64,000 nt of DNA from an uncultured Gammaproteobacteria bacterium (GTDB taxonomy: Bacteria > Patescibacteriota > Microgenomatia > JAMCZE01): the NCBI GenBank assembly GCA_964641255.1, contig CAZXMM010000001.1:332302-396301 (forward strand). The letters are read 5' to 3'. Positions 10,142 to 18,681 of this stretch are shown piece by piece; position 1 is the stretch's first letter; the number at the start of each line of letters is the position of its first letter. The notes beneath the pieces are model-generated. The model did no database searches. It was not told where the DNA came from and saw only the letters and a list, made by a program, of their open reading frames with translations. A program made the translations under genes and the position numbers.

Positions 10142-10642
10142 TCAAGTAGAAAGTGGCGATGATAAAAGATTGCGCATAGACTTTTCAAATATACTTGAGA
10201 ACTCTTTTTCATACTGTGACAGGTGAACAAGTTCGATGGGTTGAGTAAACGACTCAGCCACCCTTTTCTTGTTGACTGTCATGGTGTCAGACATCCAGGG
10301 AATCTGTTTAACGTATCTTTTGGCGGGGATTATATAGGCAAGTTGCGTATAGCCAGCTTGAGAACAAGCACTCAGACACATTAAACATGGCTCCACAATT
10401 GATACCATGGTTAGTCCTTTGGTTTGATTTGAACGTCTACTCTTGCACACTTGTTCCACGAGTAAACGTTCTGAATGGGCGGTGGCGTCACAATTAGACA
10501 CGACCAGGCTTTCTGAAGACGCAAGTATTTTCCCTCTATCTAATACCAAACCGGCATTAGCGAGATTACCTTTATGGGCAGACGCCCTAGAGAGGTTCTT
10601 AAGGACTTTTCGTTGTTCTCGGGTGAGTTGGACTTTTGCCAT
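10142..10642 (-). CDS. CDA-fold nucleoside/tRNA deaminase-like protein
   Basis: AHSE and EPCLMC zinc-binding motifs of cytidine/dCMP/TadA-type deaminases; 166 aa. Confidence 0.6.
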   Translation of the reverse strand: MAKVQLTREQRKVLKNLSRASAHKGNLANAGLVLDRGKILASSESLVVSNCDATAHSERLLVEQVCKSRRSNQTKGLTMVSIVEPCLMCLSACSQAGYTQLAYIIPAKRYVKQIPWMSDTMTVNKKRVAESFTQPIELVHLSQYEKEFSSIFEKSMRNLLSSPLST

Positions 10643-10643
10643 G

Positions 10644-10661
10644 GGCCAATCCTAATTGGCC
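10644..10661. promoter_or_regulatory. perfect 7-bp inverted repeat GGCCAAT-ccta-ATTGGCC abutting the start codon of the deaminase gene
   Basis: Read directly; on the coding (minus) strand the hairpin/operator ends 2 nt before ATG. Confidence 0.3.
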
Positions 10662-10739
10662 TTAGGTTTTCTCTCAAGTGAACACCCCTTCACCTAGTCT
10701 AAATTCGTGCCTAAAGTGGGGTATGGTAGGTCTTAGAAA

Positions 10740-11435
10740 TTACCGTCGCTCCCTCGGTTGTGGGTTTTTTGAAAAGAACGCGACCACGTCCTTCGTGTTG
10801 TCGTAAGCGGGTTTTGCACTCAGTAGTTCCTCAGGAGTCAGCCAAGAGAGCTTGCCTTCGTAACTCTTTGGTTTTAACTCTCCACTCGGATTAAAGCAGT
10901 AGTAGGTAAGCATGAGAGCGTGCCGAATAATCTCATCGTCCTTACTTTTGAACAACACCTCAATTATAAGAGGCAGCGCTAAATTTCCTGTAAGGCCTAA
11001 CTCATTTAGAGCGTCTTGAGCCGAGTTAAGGACATAAGTATTTTGTTAAGTAGAAAAGTAGGGCAGGCCCGTGTAGCCGAGAAATGGTTGGCTGTCCCTT
11101 TGTACTACTGCTACCTTTCCCTCCTTTTCAATGTACAACATGATTCCAGAGTGAAGAGGAAGGTTTCCCCAACTGGGAATATCAGTGAAGTAGGCAATTA
11201 GGACTTTACCCTTGTCAGTGATAGTATACGTCCCGGCAACTTTGTCATGAGTGACAAGACCGAGGTCCTGTAATTTATCTAGGTGATAGGTAAATCTTTT
11301 GGGATCCATAAGTTTTGGTTTGATTTCATTAAACCGGGAGGAAGCGCTCAGGGACATCGCTCTTAAAATTCTCCACTGGACTTGGTGAATTTTGGGTAGG
11401 GCTTCGCCAGTAGGAACCGCTATCTTACCAGTCAT
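10740..11435 (-). pseudogene. wHTH + Nudix-like (inverted NrtR-like) gene interrupted by a single in-frame TAA at 11046..11048
   Basis: Track ORFs 11046..11435 (winged helix then start of Nudix fold) and 10740..10958 (Nudix tail) are in the same frame; the 87-nt gap translates without stops (QNTYVLNSAQDALNELGLTG...) and contains the Nudix-box region. Confidence 0.45.
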
Positions 11436-11437
11436 TT

Positions 11438-12418
11438 TCAGTTATTTTTACGTTCCTGTTTTTTATGTAACAATAGGTCTTCCACTTGACTCAGGCTCTT
11501 ACACTCCATCAGTTGTTGTCTTAGTTCGTTTGCCCCCCTGAAGTCTTTAATATACATCTTAAAGAACTTTTTCATTACTTCAAAGTTCTTCTCTTTTCCC
11601 CAGGTCTTATCATACATCCTTAAGTGATCCAGAAGCACTGAGACATATTCCTCTTGGGTGTGCAAGCTTGGTACTGGAGTTTTGTCAAAAGCCCAGGGGT
11701 TCCAAAATATCCCCCTGCCGATCATTATCCCGTCAACCTGGTAGGTCTCTTGCATATCTTTGGCCATGGCAAAGCCAGTAACATCGCCGTTGCCAATTAC
11801 GATAGTCTCAGGCGCTATTTTATTCTTAATTTTTACTACTGTTCCAATTTCTTCCCAATTAGCTGGAACCTTAGAAAGTTGAGCTGCTGTTCTTCCGTGA
11901 ATAATCAGAGCCGAAAGGTGTTGTTCAAGGAGGTGGGTAGTCCAACTCTCAGTGATTATGCTGTCAAAACCAATCCTCGTTTTAACACTGACGGGGAGGG
12001 GTCCAGCTCCTTCTTTAACCGCTTGGATAATTTCTTTAGCTAGAGAGGGATTCTTGATCAAACCAGCTCCTGCCCCTTTGTTAGCTACTTCCCGGACGGG
12101 ACAGCCCATATTGATATCAACTCCGTCAAATCCCATGTCTCGCGCGAGAGCCGCGGCACTGTTCATAGTTTTTGGATTAGTACCAAATATTTGTGCCACG
12201 ATGGGGTGTTGATTTTTACTAAATTTAAATTTTCTAACCACGATCTCGTGACCTTTGGAGAAGAGCCCATCCGCGCTGGTAAATTCAGTGAAAAATACAT
12301 CGGGCTTAGGTAGTCTCGTGGCCATAATTTCCCGAAAGGCAAAATCAGTGACGTCTTCCATGGGGGCCAACACGAGAAAGGGTTTGGGAAGCGTGTTCCA
12401 GAAGGACCGCCTACTCAT
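11438..12418 (-). CDS. dus: tRNA-dihydrouridine synthase
   Basis: LAPMEDVTD...VDINMGCP...K catalytic pattern of Dus family TIM barrel; 326 aa. Confidence 0.85.
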   Translation of the reverse strand: MSRRSFWNTLPKPFLVLAPMEDVTDFAFREIMATRLPKPDVFFTEFTSADGLFSKGHEIVVRKFKFSKNQHPIVAQIFGTNPKTMNSAAALARDMGFDGVDINMGCPVREVANKGAGAGLIKNPSLAKEIIQAVKEGAGPLPVSVKTRIGFDSIITESWTTHLLEQHLSALIIHGRTAAQLSKVPANWEEIGTVVKIKNKIAPETIVIGNGDVTGFAMAKDMQETYQVDGIMIGRGIFWNPWAFDKTPVPSLHTQEEYVSVLLDHLRMYDKTWGKEKNFEVMKKFFKMYIKDFRGANELRQQLMECKSLSQVEDLLLHKKQERKNN

Positions 12419-12801
12419 TAGATATGATCGGCCGTGTCTGCTAGAGCGTCGGCCTTGGTAACGTGTCTAGTCCCATCCTTGTGGTGGGCAGGGGAGTAGA
12501 TGGTGTAAAGCTTCATTTTGGTAGCCGGGGAGGTATTAATAATATTATGTTTAGTGCCGGCGGGGACCACGATTGCTGAGCCGTCTGCAAGGGGGTGTTC
12601 TTCTCCGTTCATAACGACTTTTCCCTGGCCAGTTTCAACGCGAATGAATTGGTCGACAATGTCGTGAACTTCCTCGCCAATGTCTTCCCCCGGCAGCAGG
12701 CTCATTACCACTACTTGGCAATGCTGAGCCGTAAAGAGTACCTGACGAAAACTGTCGTTCTCAAGGGTAATTTTTTCAATGTTATCTACGTAGCCTGTCA
12801 T
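12418..12801 (-). CDS. cupin domain protein
   Basis: Two-motif cupin pattern (G.E..H.H....E...V..G / G......P.G..H...N); 127 aa. Confidence 0.55.
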   Translation of the reverse strand: MTGYVDNIEKITLENDSFRQVLFTAQHCQVVVMSLLPGEDIGEEVHDIVDQFIRVETGQGKVVMNGEEHPLADGSAIVVPAGTKHNIINTSPATKMKLYTIYSPAHHKDGTRHVTKADALADTADHI

Positions 12802-12864
12802 AGTTGATTTAGTGATCTATAAGTATTGTACTACAATAAATCTAATCTGCTAAATTGTAAGGAT

Positions 12865-13572
12865 ATGAAGCCAAAAATTTATCACGGCCAATTGGGAAAA
12901 ATTGCTTACTATGACAATGGGTTAAGTGGCCCGGCTGTCGTTTTTATTCACGGCTGGACCAGTTATCCAGTGGAATTTTCTTGGCTAACCCAACTGCTGC
13001 CCAACACAAGGATAATCTGTCCGTTTTTGCCCGGAAGTGGGGAGAGTAGCCCACTGCGCCAGTGGCATTTTGGTCAGCTGGCCCAAGTATTAGCCGACTT
13101 CATAAGTGGGTTAGAGCTAAGTGACTATATATTAGCAGGACATTCAATGGGGGGAATGAGCGCTTTGGCAATTTTCCCAAAGCTCAAAACTAAACCCCGC
13201 CATTTAGTCATTGCAGGTAGCCCCCTGGCGCCGATAAAAAATCGCTGGAAAGTCATTGGCGACGTATTAAGAGAGATTAAAGCTCGAAAGAGTTTGGGAA
13301 AAACTATCGGCAACCAGTTTCATTTCCGCTATCTCTTTAAGGGTTTTAATTTGGCCGAAACCTACTCTGTTGACTGGGAGTATCTGAGACGCCGTAAAGC
13401 CTTTATCTATTTTCTTTGGGGCAAGGATGATTTCTTTGTTCCCCTAAAAGATAACATCGAGATTATTAAGGCTTATCCCTTAAGTGAGCTAAAGGTTTTT
13501 CCGGGGAATCATGTTTTTCACTACGGTCTTAGTAATATGAGCAGACTGCTACCTTATTTGTCGGGAAGCTGA
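12865..13572 (+). CDS. alpha/beta hydrolase
   Basis: VVFIHGW oxyanion region and GHSMGG nucleophile elbow; start moved to ATG 12865 preceded by AAGGA. Confidence 0.7.
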   Translation: MKPKIYHGQLGKIAYYDNGLSGPAVVFIHGWTSYPVEFSWLTQLLPNTRIICPFLPGSGESSPLRQWHFGQLAQVLADFISGLELSDYILAGHSMGGMSALAIFPKLKTKPRHLVIAGSPLAPIKNRWKVIGDVLREIKARKSLGKTIGNQFHFRYLFKGFNLAETYSVDWEYLRRRKAFIYFLWGKDDFFVPLKDNIEIIKAYPLSELKVFPGNHVFHYGLSNMSRLLPYLSGS

Positions 13573-13880
13573 GGCCGTTTCTTCTCGTTATACTTTTTTA
13601 TTTGGGTCCAGCCCAAGAGGTCTAAATATTCTCCCTCCAGCTCTTTAGCTACTGCGGCTAAAGTGTGTCTTGGCGCCCCGTGTTCTTTAGCTCCTTTGAT
13701 CATCTTGGCAAGGAGTTTTTTTCGCAATTTACCCAGGTCGTGATGAAGCCAAGTGTTAGCTTTGGTAGTTACTTCGTCAATCAAGGCGCTAAGCTCTTTA
13801 TCATCAGCTATTGCCTCAAAACTCCACCGGATGAATTTTTGCGATTCAGAATCAACATCTTTTAACTCATTCGTATTCAC
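13554..13880 (-). CDS. hypothetical protein
   Basis: ORF only; no recognisable motif. Confidence 0.3.
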   Translation of the reverse strand: MNTNELKDVDSESQKFIRWSFEAIADDKELSALIDEVTTKANTWLHHDLGKLRKKLLAKMIKGAKEHGAPRHTLAAVAKELEGEYLDLLGWTQIKKYNEKKRPQLPDK

Positions 13881-13932
13881 GCCACTATTTTAACATTGCA
13901 GAACAACAAGCAGCCTGCCTATACTAAATTCA

Positions 13933-14580
13933 ATGATTAAAAGGGTTGCTGCTGCGGCGGCATTAGCAGGAACTGTGATTTTGGCCGGTGTTGGTTTGGT
14001 AAGTGTAGCCAGTCGGCCAATAGTTTCGGGAGAAGTCGTGGTCGAAGTGGTGGACGGTGATACCTTTTTCATCGAGAATCGCCAGCCAATTCGGATTAAA
14101 GGACTGGATGCTCCCGAAGTGACAAACTGTAACGGAAAACAGTCAAAACAGGCGCTGGCAAAGCTGATTCTAAACAAAAGAGTCGTTCTCAAAGAACCAA
14201 TTGTTGATGCTTACAAACGAATTCTAGCTTTGGTCTACATTGACGGGATTTCTGTTAATGAATATCTAATCAAAAATGGTTTTGCTCATTTTCGCTCCAC
14301 TAAGACAGCCGAACTCACTCGTTTCCAAGCGGCCAGTGACTATGCCCGAGAACATGAGGTGGGAATATTTAGTCCTAGGTGTTATCAGATTAAACCACCC
14401 GATCCGAAGTGTGTGATTAAAGGAAATTTTGATGACAATAGTGACAAAAAGGTATACTTTCTGCCGGAATGCAGTTACTACGGCGTTACGGTAATAATGA
14501 AGTTTAGAGGAGAGCAGTGGTTTTGCTCGGAAGCGGAAGCGAAGAAAGCGGGGTTTGAAAAATCAAAATATTGCCCGTAG
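13933..14580 (+). CDS. membrane-anchored thermonuclease (SNase-like) with C-terminal Cys-containing small domain
   Basis: N-terminal TM; SNase core VVDGDTF...IRIKGLDAPE...; C-terminal IKGNFDDNSDKKVYFLPEC.YY......WFCSEAEAKKAGF resembles a small domain recurrently appended to secreted nucleases. Confidence 0.7.
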   Translation: MIKRVAAAAALAGTVILAGVGLVSVASRPIVSGEVVVEVVDGDTFFIENRQPIRIKGLDAPEVTNCNGKQSKQALAKLILNKRVVLKEPIVDAYKRILALVYIDGISVNEYLIKNGFAHFRSTKTAELTRFQAASDYAREHEVGIFSPRCYQIKPPDPKCVIKGNFDDNSDKKVYFLPECSYYGVTVIMKFRGEQWFCSEAEAKKAGFEKSKYCP

Positions 14581-14584
14581 TACT

Positions 14585-15064
14585 TTAGGATTTCTTTAGG
14601 TCAACTTGAATCCGGTGGTCCACCCACAGGCCATTAAACTTGGAGGCTGTTTTAGGGGAAGAGAGATAAATTTTGGTTGGGGTGGCAAGGTAGAAACGTA
14701 AAGGGGAGGTGTTAAGGAAATCTTCGACACTCTTTTGGGGTAGGGAATAAATTTTTCGATTGAAAACTGTCATAACCCTCTCCACCTCTGTCTGAGTACT
14801 CAATTCTCTTGCGTTGGCTTCAATGTACAGCCCACCCTCCGTTTCTCCAGCCTGATAAATTGTTAGAAAAACACTCCCGTTCACTAAGATATTTTTTGAG
14901 TGCACAGCCTCTTTTGGGGAATACCAGTAAAAATTGAAATCACTATCAAATGCGAAATAAACTGGTGTGTTCCACGGTTTCCCTTCGGGAGTAATTGAGG
15001 CAATATTCAGAAAAAAATTATCCTCAATAATTTTTAAAGCTGCTTGATTATGTCCAGGGTTCAT
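14585..15064 (-). CDS. pyridoxamine 5'-phosphate oxidase-like FMN-binding split-barrel protein
   Basis: PNPOx-like fold pattern; tandem paralog of the next gene. Confidence 0.55.
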   Translation of the reverse strand: MNPGHNQAALKIIEDNFFLNIASITPEGKPWNTPVYFAFDSDFNFYWYSPKEAVHSKNILVNGSVFLTIYQAGETEGGLYIEANARELSTQTEVERVMTVFNRKIYSLPQKSVEDFLNTSPLRFYLATPTKIYLSSPKTASKFNGLWVDHRIQVDLKKS

Positions 15065-15075
15065 AGCTTTCCATT

Positions 15076-15540
15076 CTAAAGCTCCAAAATTGGTTCCATA
15101 CCGTCCTTAACTTTAAAGAGTTTGTGGTCAAAAAGTTTGATTCTTTTTGGTGTAATTTGAAACATACTACTTTTTACGGCTTGGTAGGTTAGTTGGGGAT
15201 TAACGACACGAAGATTGGTCTTCCAGAGCTTAAGGGCATACTTAATTTTATTAGTTCCGGTGACTTGCTCCGCTAGTCCTGAGATTTGTAGTCCCTGTTT
15301 GGGTTCATTTATGCCTTGATTACTATCTGCTATTGCCACCGCAACCTGGGGATTTTGGGTTATTTGTTTGGCGTGGAGCGTGTCTGGTCCACTGAGAAAA
15401 TAGAGGTTTAGATCTGTATCAAAGGCATAGTACACACTGGCAATCCAGGGAAAGTCACCATAAGTCGCTACTGCCATCAGCTTATGCTTAGAAAGAAAAG
15501 CAAGAACATGCTCTTTTTTAAGTGTCATTTGGCGACCCAT
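15076..15540 (-). CDS. pyridoxamine 5'-phosphate oxidase-like FMN-binding split-barrel protein
   Basis: LMAVATYGDFPWIASVYYAFD...LYFLSG pattern of PNPOx/general stress protein 26 family. Confidence 0.6.
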   Translation of the reverse strand: MGRQMTLKKEHVLAFLSKHKLMAVATYGDFPWIASVYYAFDTDLNLYFLSGPDTLHAKQITQNPQVAVAIADSNQGINEPKQGLQISGLAEQVTGTNKIKYALKLWKTNLRVVNPQLTYQAVKSSMFQITPKRIKLFDHKLFKVKDGMEPILEL

Positions 15541-15577
15541 AAGTTGAATTTATCTTCTTGGCTGCTATTATAAACTT

Positions 15578-16306
15578 GTGGAATTAAAAAATAAAATTGC
15601 GATTGTAACAGGAGGCAGTAGTGGAATTGGGCAAGAAGTAGCTATCGCCCTGGCTAAGGAGGGCTGCCGGGTTATTTTCACCTATAACGCTAACGAAACA
15701 GGTGCCAACAAAACCTTGAGACTACTAGGGGAACGTGGCACTAAGTTTAAGGTCAATCTCCAGTTTGAGGAGGAGATTGAAAAGTTTTTTGATTTTATCC
15801 AGTCAAAGTTTGGGGAAATAGATATTCTAGTTAATAGTGCCGGGGTTAATCGACCGCGTGATTTATTTGATACCAAGGTTTGGAAAGAAGTTTTTCAAGT
15901 CAATCTATTTGCACTGGTCTTTTGCACCGGGAGGGCAGTGGACCAAATGAAAAACGGAGGCAGGATTCTAAACATCTCCTCCATTTATTCAGACGGTAAA
16001 GCCTGCTGGAAAGGGTTACCAGCTTATGGAGCTTCAAAAGCAGCCGTAAACCACTTTACTCAAACGTTGGCCAAGAATTTAGCCCCCAAGATTTTAGTCA
16101 ACGCCATCGCCCCGGGTTATGTGAAGACACCGCTTTGGAAAGACACTTCGGAAGAGGATTTCGATAGAAGCGGTAAAGAACAATTGATAGATAGAATGAT
16201 CATGCCTGAAGAAATTGCCCAAATGGCAGTAGCTGTTATAAAAAATGACGCTATGACCGGAGAAGTAGTTACTGTGGATGGTGGGCTAAGTTTGAAAACT
16301 GTGTAA
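15578..16306 (+). CDS. SDR family oxidoreductase (FabG-like)
   Basis: TGGSSGIG cofactor motif, NSAG, catalytic Y..SK (YGASKAA). Confidence 0.85.
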   Translation: MELKNKIAIVTGGSSGIGQEVAIALAKEGCRVIFTYNANETGANKTLRLLGERGTKFKVNLQFEEEIEKFFDFIQSKFGEIDILVNSAGVNRPRDLFDTKVWKEVFQVNLFALVFCTGRAVDQMKNGGRILNISSIYSDGKACWKGLPAYGASKAAVNHFTQTLAKNLAPKILVNAIAPGYVKTPLWKDTSEEDFDRSGKEQLIDRMIMPEEIAQMAVAVIKNDAMTGEVVTVDGGLSLKTV

Positions 16307-16359
16307 TCCTTCTAAGGCCACCTCCGAATTGGTAACTTGGGATTTTGTTTGAAACAGAT

Positions 16360-17202
16360 CTATAGTTTGAAATGGTCAAAAATATCTAAAAGCCCATCAT
16401 TTTCTGTATGGCCACCAATAAAACCACCCTTTGATCTTACTAATTCTTTCATCTCGTCACTAGCATTACCCATTGTTGCTAAATAGCCGGAGCCTTCCAT
16501 AAATTTCCAATCCATTAAGGTGTCTCCAACTGCCAAAACGTTATCTAAGGAACTGTTGACATGTTTCAACATTTCCTGCACAGACGACCGTTTATCTATG
16601 TCTTTTGCAGTGATAATTAATATTTTATTTGGTAGCAATGAGGCAACATGTGTCCATTGAACAGTAATTTTATCTTCAAATTTGGCCAAGGCTCTCTTTA
16701 ACAAATCTTCAGATTCAGGCGGATAAACTAATTCTAGTTTGGTAATCTCAGCTTCTTCAACGATCTGGGGAAGATTATCAACTTCAACCCATGGCATTAT
16801 GCGTTTGTCTTCAATAGTTTTTGGATTAAATTTAGCTCGCTCAATGTATTTTGATTGCAGAGTGTATAACTGCCAAGATTCAGGAAATTCTAGTGGAATA
16901 CCTAAAATACTTTTTACAATTTGACTATCCAGAGTCTTTTTAAAAAGGAAACTGTCCACTATTGGGTTAAAGACTACAGCACCTCCGTCACTAATATGAA
17001 AATTATTCAACGGGAAATGATTCATTAAAATCCTGACTGCAAACGAAGGCTTTCCAGTACACAAGCTTATTTTGACTCCTGAATTACTTATCTCATTAAT
17101 TCGGTCTGCAACTTTTTTAGTGGGGAAGGGAAAGTTGTGTTCAAGTTTTGACCCAAGAATAACACCATCTATATCCAAAACAAGGTGTTTAATTTTTTTC
17201 AT
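16360..17202 (-). CDS. Cof-type HAD-IIB family hydrolase
   Basis: N-terminal DIDGVIL (DxD) motif, cap domain, C-terminal GD..MD motif. Confidence 0.75.
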   Translation of the reverse strand: MKKIKHLVLDIDGVILGSKLEHNFPFPTKKVADRINEISNSGVKISLCTGKPSFAVRILMNHFPLNNFHISDGGAVVFNPIVDSFLFKKTLDSQIVKSILGIPLEFPESWQLYTLQSKYIERAKFNPKTIEDKRIMPWVEVDNLPQIVEEAEITKLELVYPPESEDLLKRALAKFEDKITVQWTHVASLLPNKILIITAKDIDKRSSVQEMLKHVNSSLDNVLAVGDTLMDWKFMEGSGYLATMGNASDEMKELVRSKGGFIGGHTENDGLLDIFDHFKL

Positions 17203-17333
17203 TAAAATTTATTCTATCAAAATACTGACCTATGACGTTATTCTAACTAGAGTAGGTTGTCAGAAGACGTCTAAGCAAACTTGAGGCTTATTTGCTGGCT
17301 ACTTGGGACTGTGTTCGGAAGACACCAATCAAA

Positions 17334-17906
17334 TTAATCCTTACTCCTATTCCTAGTTCTCTCTTGCTGAAGCTCTCGAAAATACCCTTCTAAATTTGTG
17401 CCATTAAGATATTTCTCTGCGTTTGTCCAAAATTCATCAAACAATTCAGGAGGATTTCCTTGCTGTTCATACTCCAACGCCTGCATAGCCATCTCCAGCT
17501 TGTCCAGCCCTTTAACAAATTTCGCCTCTGGAGTTATTTTATCGTTAAATTCAGAATAAAGATCAACATATTGCTGCAAATTTGGATCATCCTTGAAAAG
17601 TGTCTTTACTGCATCGAGTTCGTCATCGTGTTTCCGCTCCTTATTTCCAATCACTTCTTTTCCTTGCTCCCAACGAATATCTCCAATACTAGCCTCACCG
17701 ATGTCATGGAAAATACTCATTATGGTAACCTTAGTCTTATCTAAGCCAAATTCGTCTGCAAGGAGCGTCGCAAGAAAAGAGACACGCCAGCAATGATCGG
17801 CCACCGATTCAACGTTTGAAACACCTTTTATTGCCCAGCCCGTTCGAGCCGTTGTTTTTAATTTGCCAGCTTTGTGAACCACGTCTAATAAGTTAGCTTT
17901 GTCCAT
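17334..17906 (-). CDS. HD domain phosphohydrolase (YfbR-like 5'-deoxynucleotidase family)
   Basis: HCWRVSFLA ... IFHDIGEASIGDI HD-domain motifs. Confidence 0.7.
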   Translation of the reverse strand: MDKANLLDVVHKAGKLKTTARTGWAIKGVSNVESVADHCWRVSFLATLLADEFGLDKTKVTIMSIFHDIGEASIGDIRWEQGKEVIGNKERKHDDELDAVKTLFKDDPNLQQYVDLYSEFNDKITPEAKFVKGLDKLEMAMQALEYEQQGNPPELFDEFWTNAEKYLNGTNLEGYFRELQQERTRNRSKD

Positions 17907-17973
17907 GAAAAGATTCTATCAGAAGTCCGAACATTGTACAGACCTTATCAAATTTCGTACCTAAACTCTCAGG

Positions 17974-18044
17974 CTGCGGGACTTGGATTCGAACCAAGAT
18001 AAACGGATTCAGAGTCCGTTGTCCTACCATTAGACGATCCCGCA
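17974..18044 (-). tRNA. tRNA-Gln (anticodon CUG), CCA not encoded
   Basis: Manually folded: 7-bp acceptor (TGCGGGA/TCCCGCA), D arm GTCT/GGAC, anticodon stem ACGGA/TCCGT with loop CTCTGAA, T arm CTTGG-TTCGAAT-CCAAG; discriminator G. Confidence 0.8.
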
Positions 18045-18082
18045 TTCTAGCGCTAATTTTAGCACTCTGTTAAAATTGGTGC

Positions 18083-18481
18083 ATGGCTCATGTAGTTGCT
18101 GCTGTTATTTACAGAGAAGGTGCTAATGGGCAGAAGGAATACCTGCTCGTGAGTACCAAAAAAAATTGGGGCAAACAAACGGGATTCCTTCAACCGACCG
18201 CCGGTCATATGGAGACAGGGGAGACCGAGGAAGAAGCTTTAAAACGGGAGGTACAGGAAGAATTAGGAGTGGGAATAAAATCTTTCCGGAAACTACTCGA
18301 CCTGCCCGGAGATGTTCCCAATTACACTGTCCATTGGTGGGAATGCGAATTGGCGCATTTTGATTTTACAATTAAGGAAGATGAAATCAGTAAAACTTAT
18401 TGGCTAACAAAAAGTGAACTTACTTATCGTAGCGACGTGTGGCCTGCCACTAAAAAGTTTTTTTTGAAATTTCTTAGCTGA
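18083..18481 (+). CDS. NUDIX hydrolase
   Basis: Nudix box GHMETGETEEEALKREVQEELGV. Confidence 0.8.
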   Translation: MAHVVAAVIYREGANGQKEYLLVSTKKNWGKQTGFLQPTAGHMETGETEEEALKREVQEELGVGIKSFRKLLDLPGDVPNYTVHWWECELAHFDFTIKEDEISKTYWLTKSELTYRSDVWPATKKFFLKFLS

Positions 18482-18647
18482 TAAAAGCTTCTGCCTTTTC
18501 GTCTTTAATCTTTTCTTCAATAGCCGACCGGGCAATAAGAGTAAGGTAATTTTACCAGAGCCTAATTAGAATAGGTATATGCATAGGTTCTCACCGGTTT
18601 GGGAGGTGCCAAAGAAAGCCGTTAAACTAGTCTTAGTAAATACTATC

Positions 18648-18675
18648 TTGACAATTGTACATAACTATGTACAAT
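18648..18675 (+). promoter_or_regulatory. sigma70-like promoter (TTGACA-N16-TACAAT) with embedded perfect palindrome TTGTACATA-ac-TATGTACAA (putative TA operator)
   Basis: Read directly; -10 ends 6 nt before the antitoxin ATG (18682), implying a leaderless or near-leaderless transcript. Confidence 0.5.
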
Positions 18676-18681
18676 AAAAAT

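Noticed and set aside
9826-10230. Long 134-aa form of the zf-UBP ORF
   Set aside because: Its N-terminal 47 codons overlap the 3' end of the upstream deaminase gene (10142..10642) in another frame and carry no domain; the internal Met at 10089 gives a typical ~87-aa zf-UBP protein.
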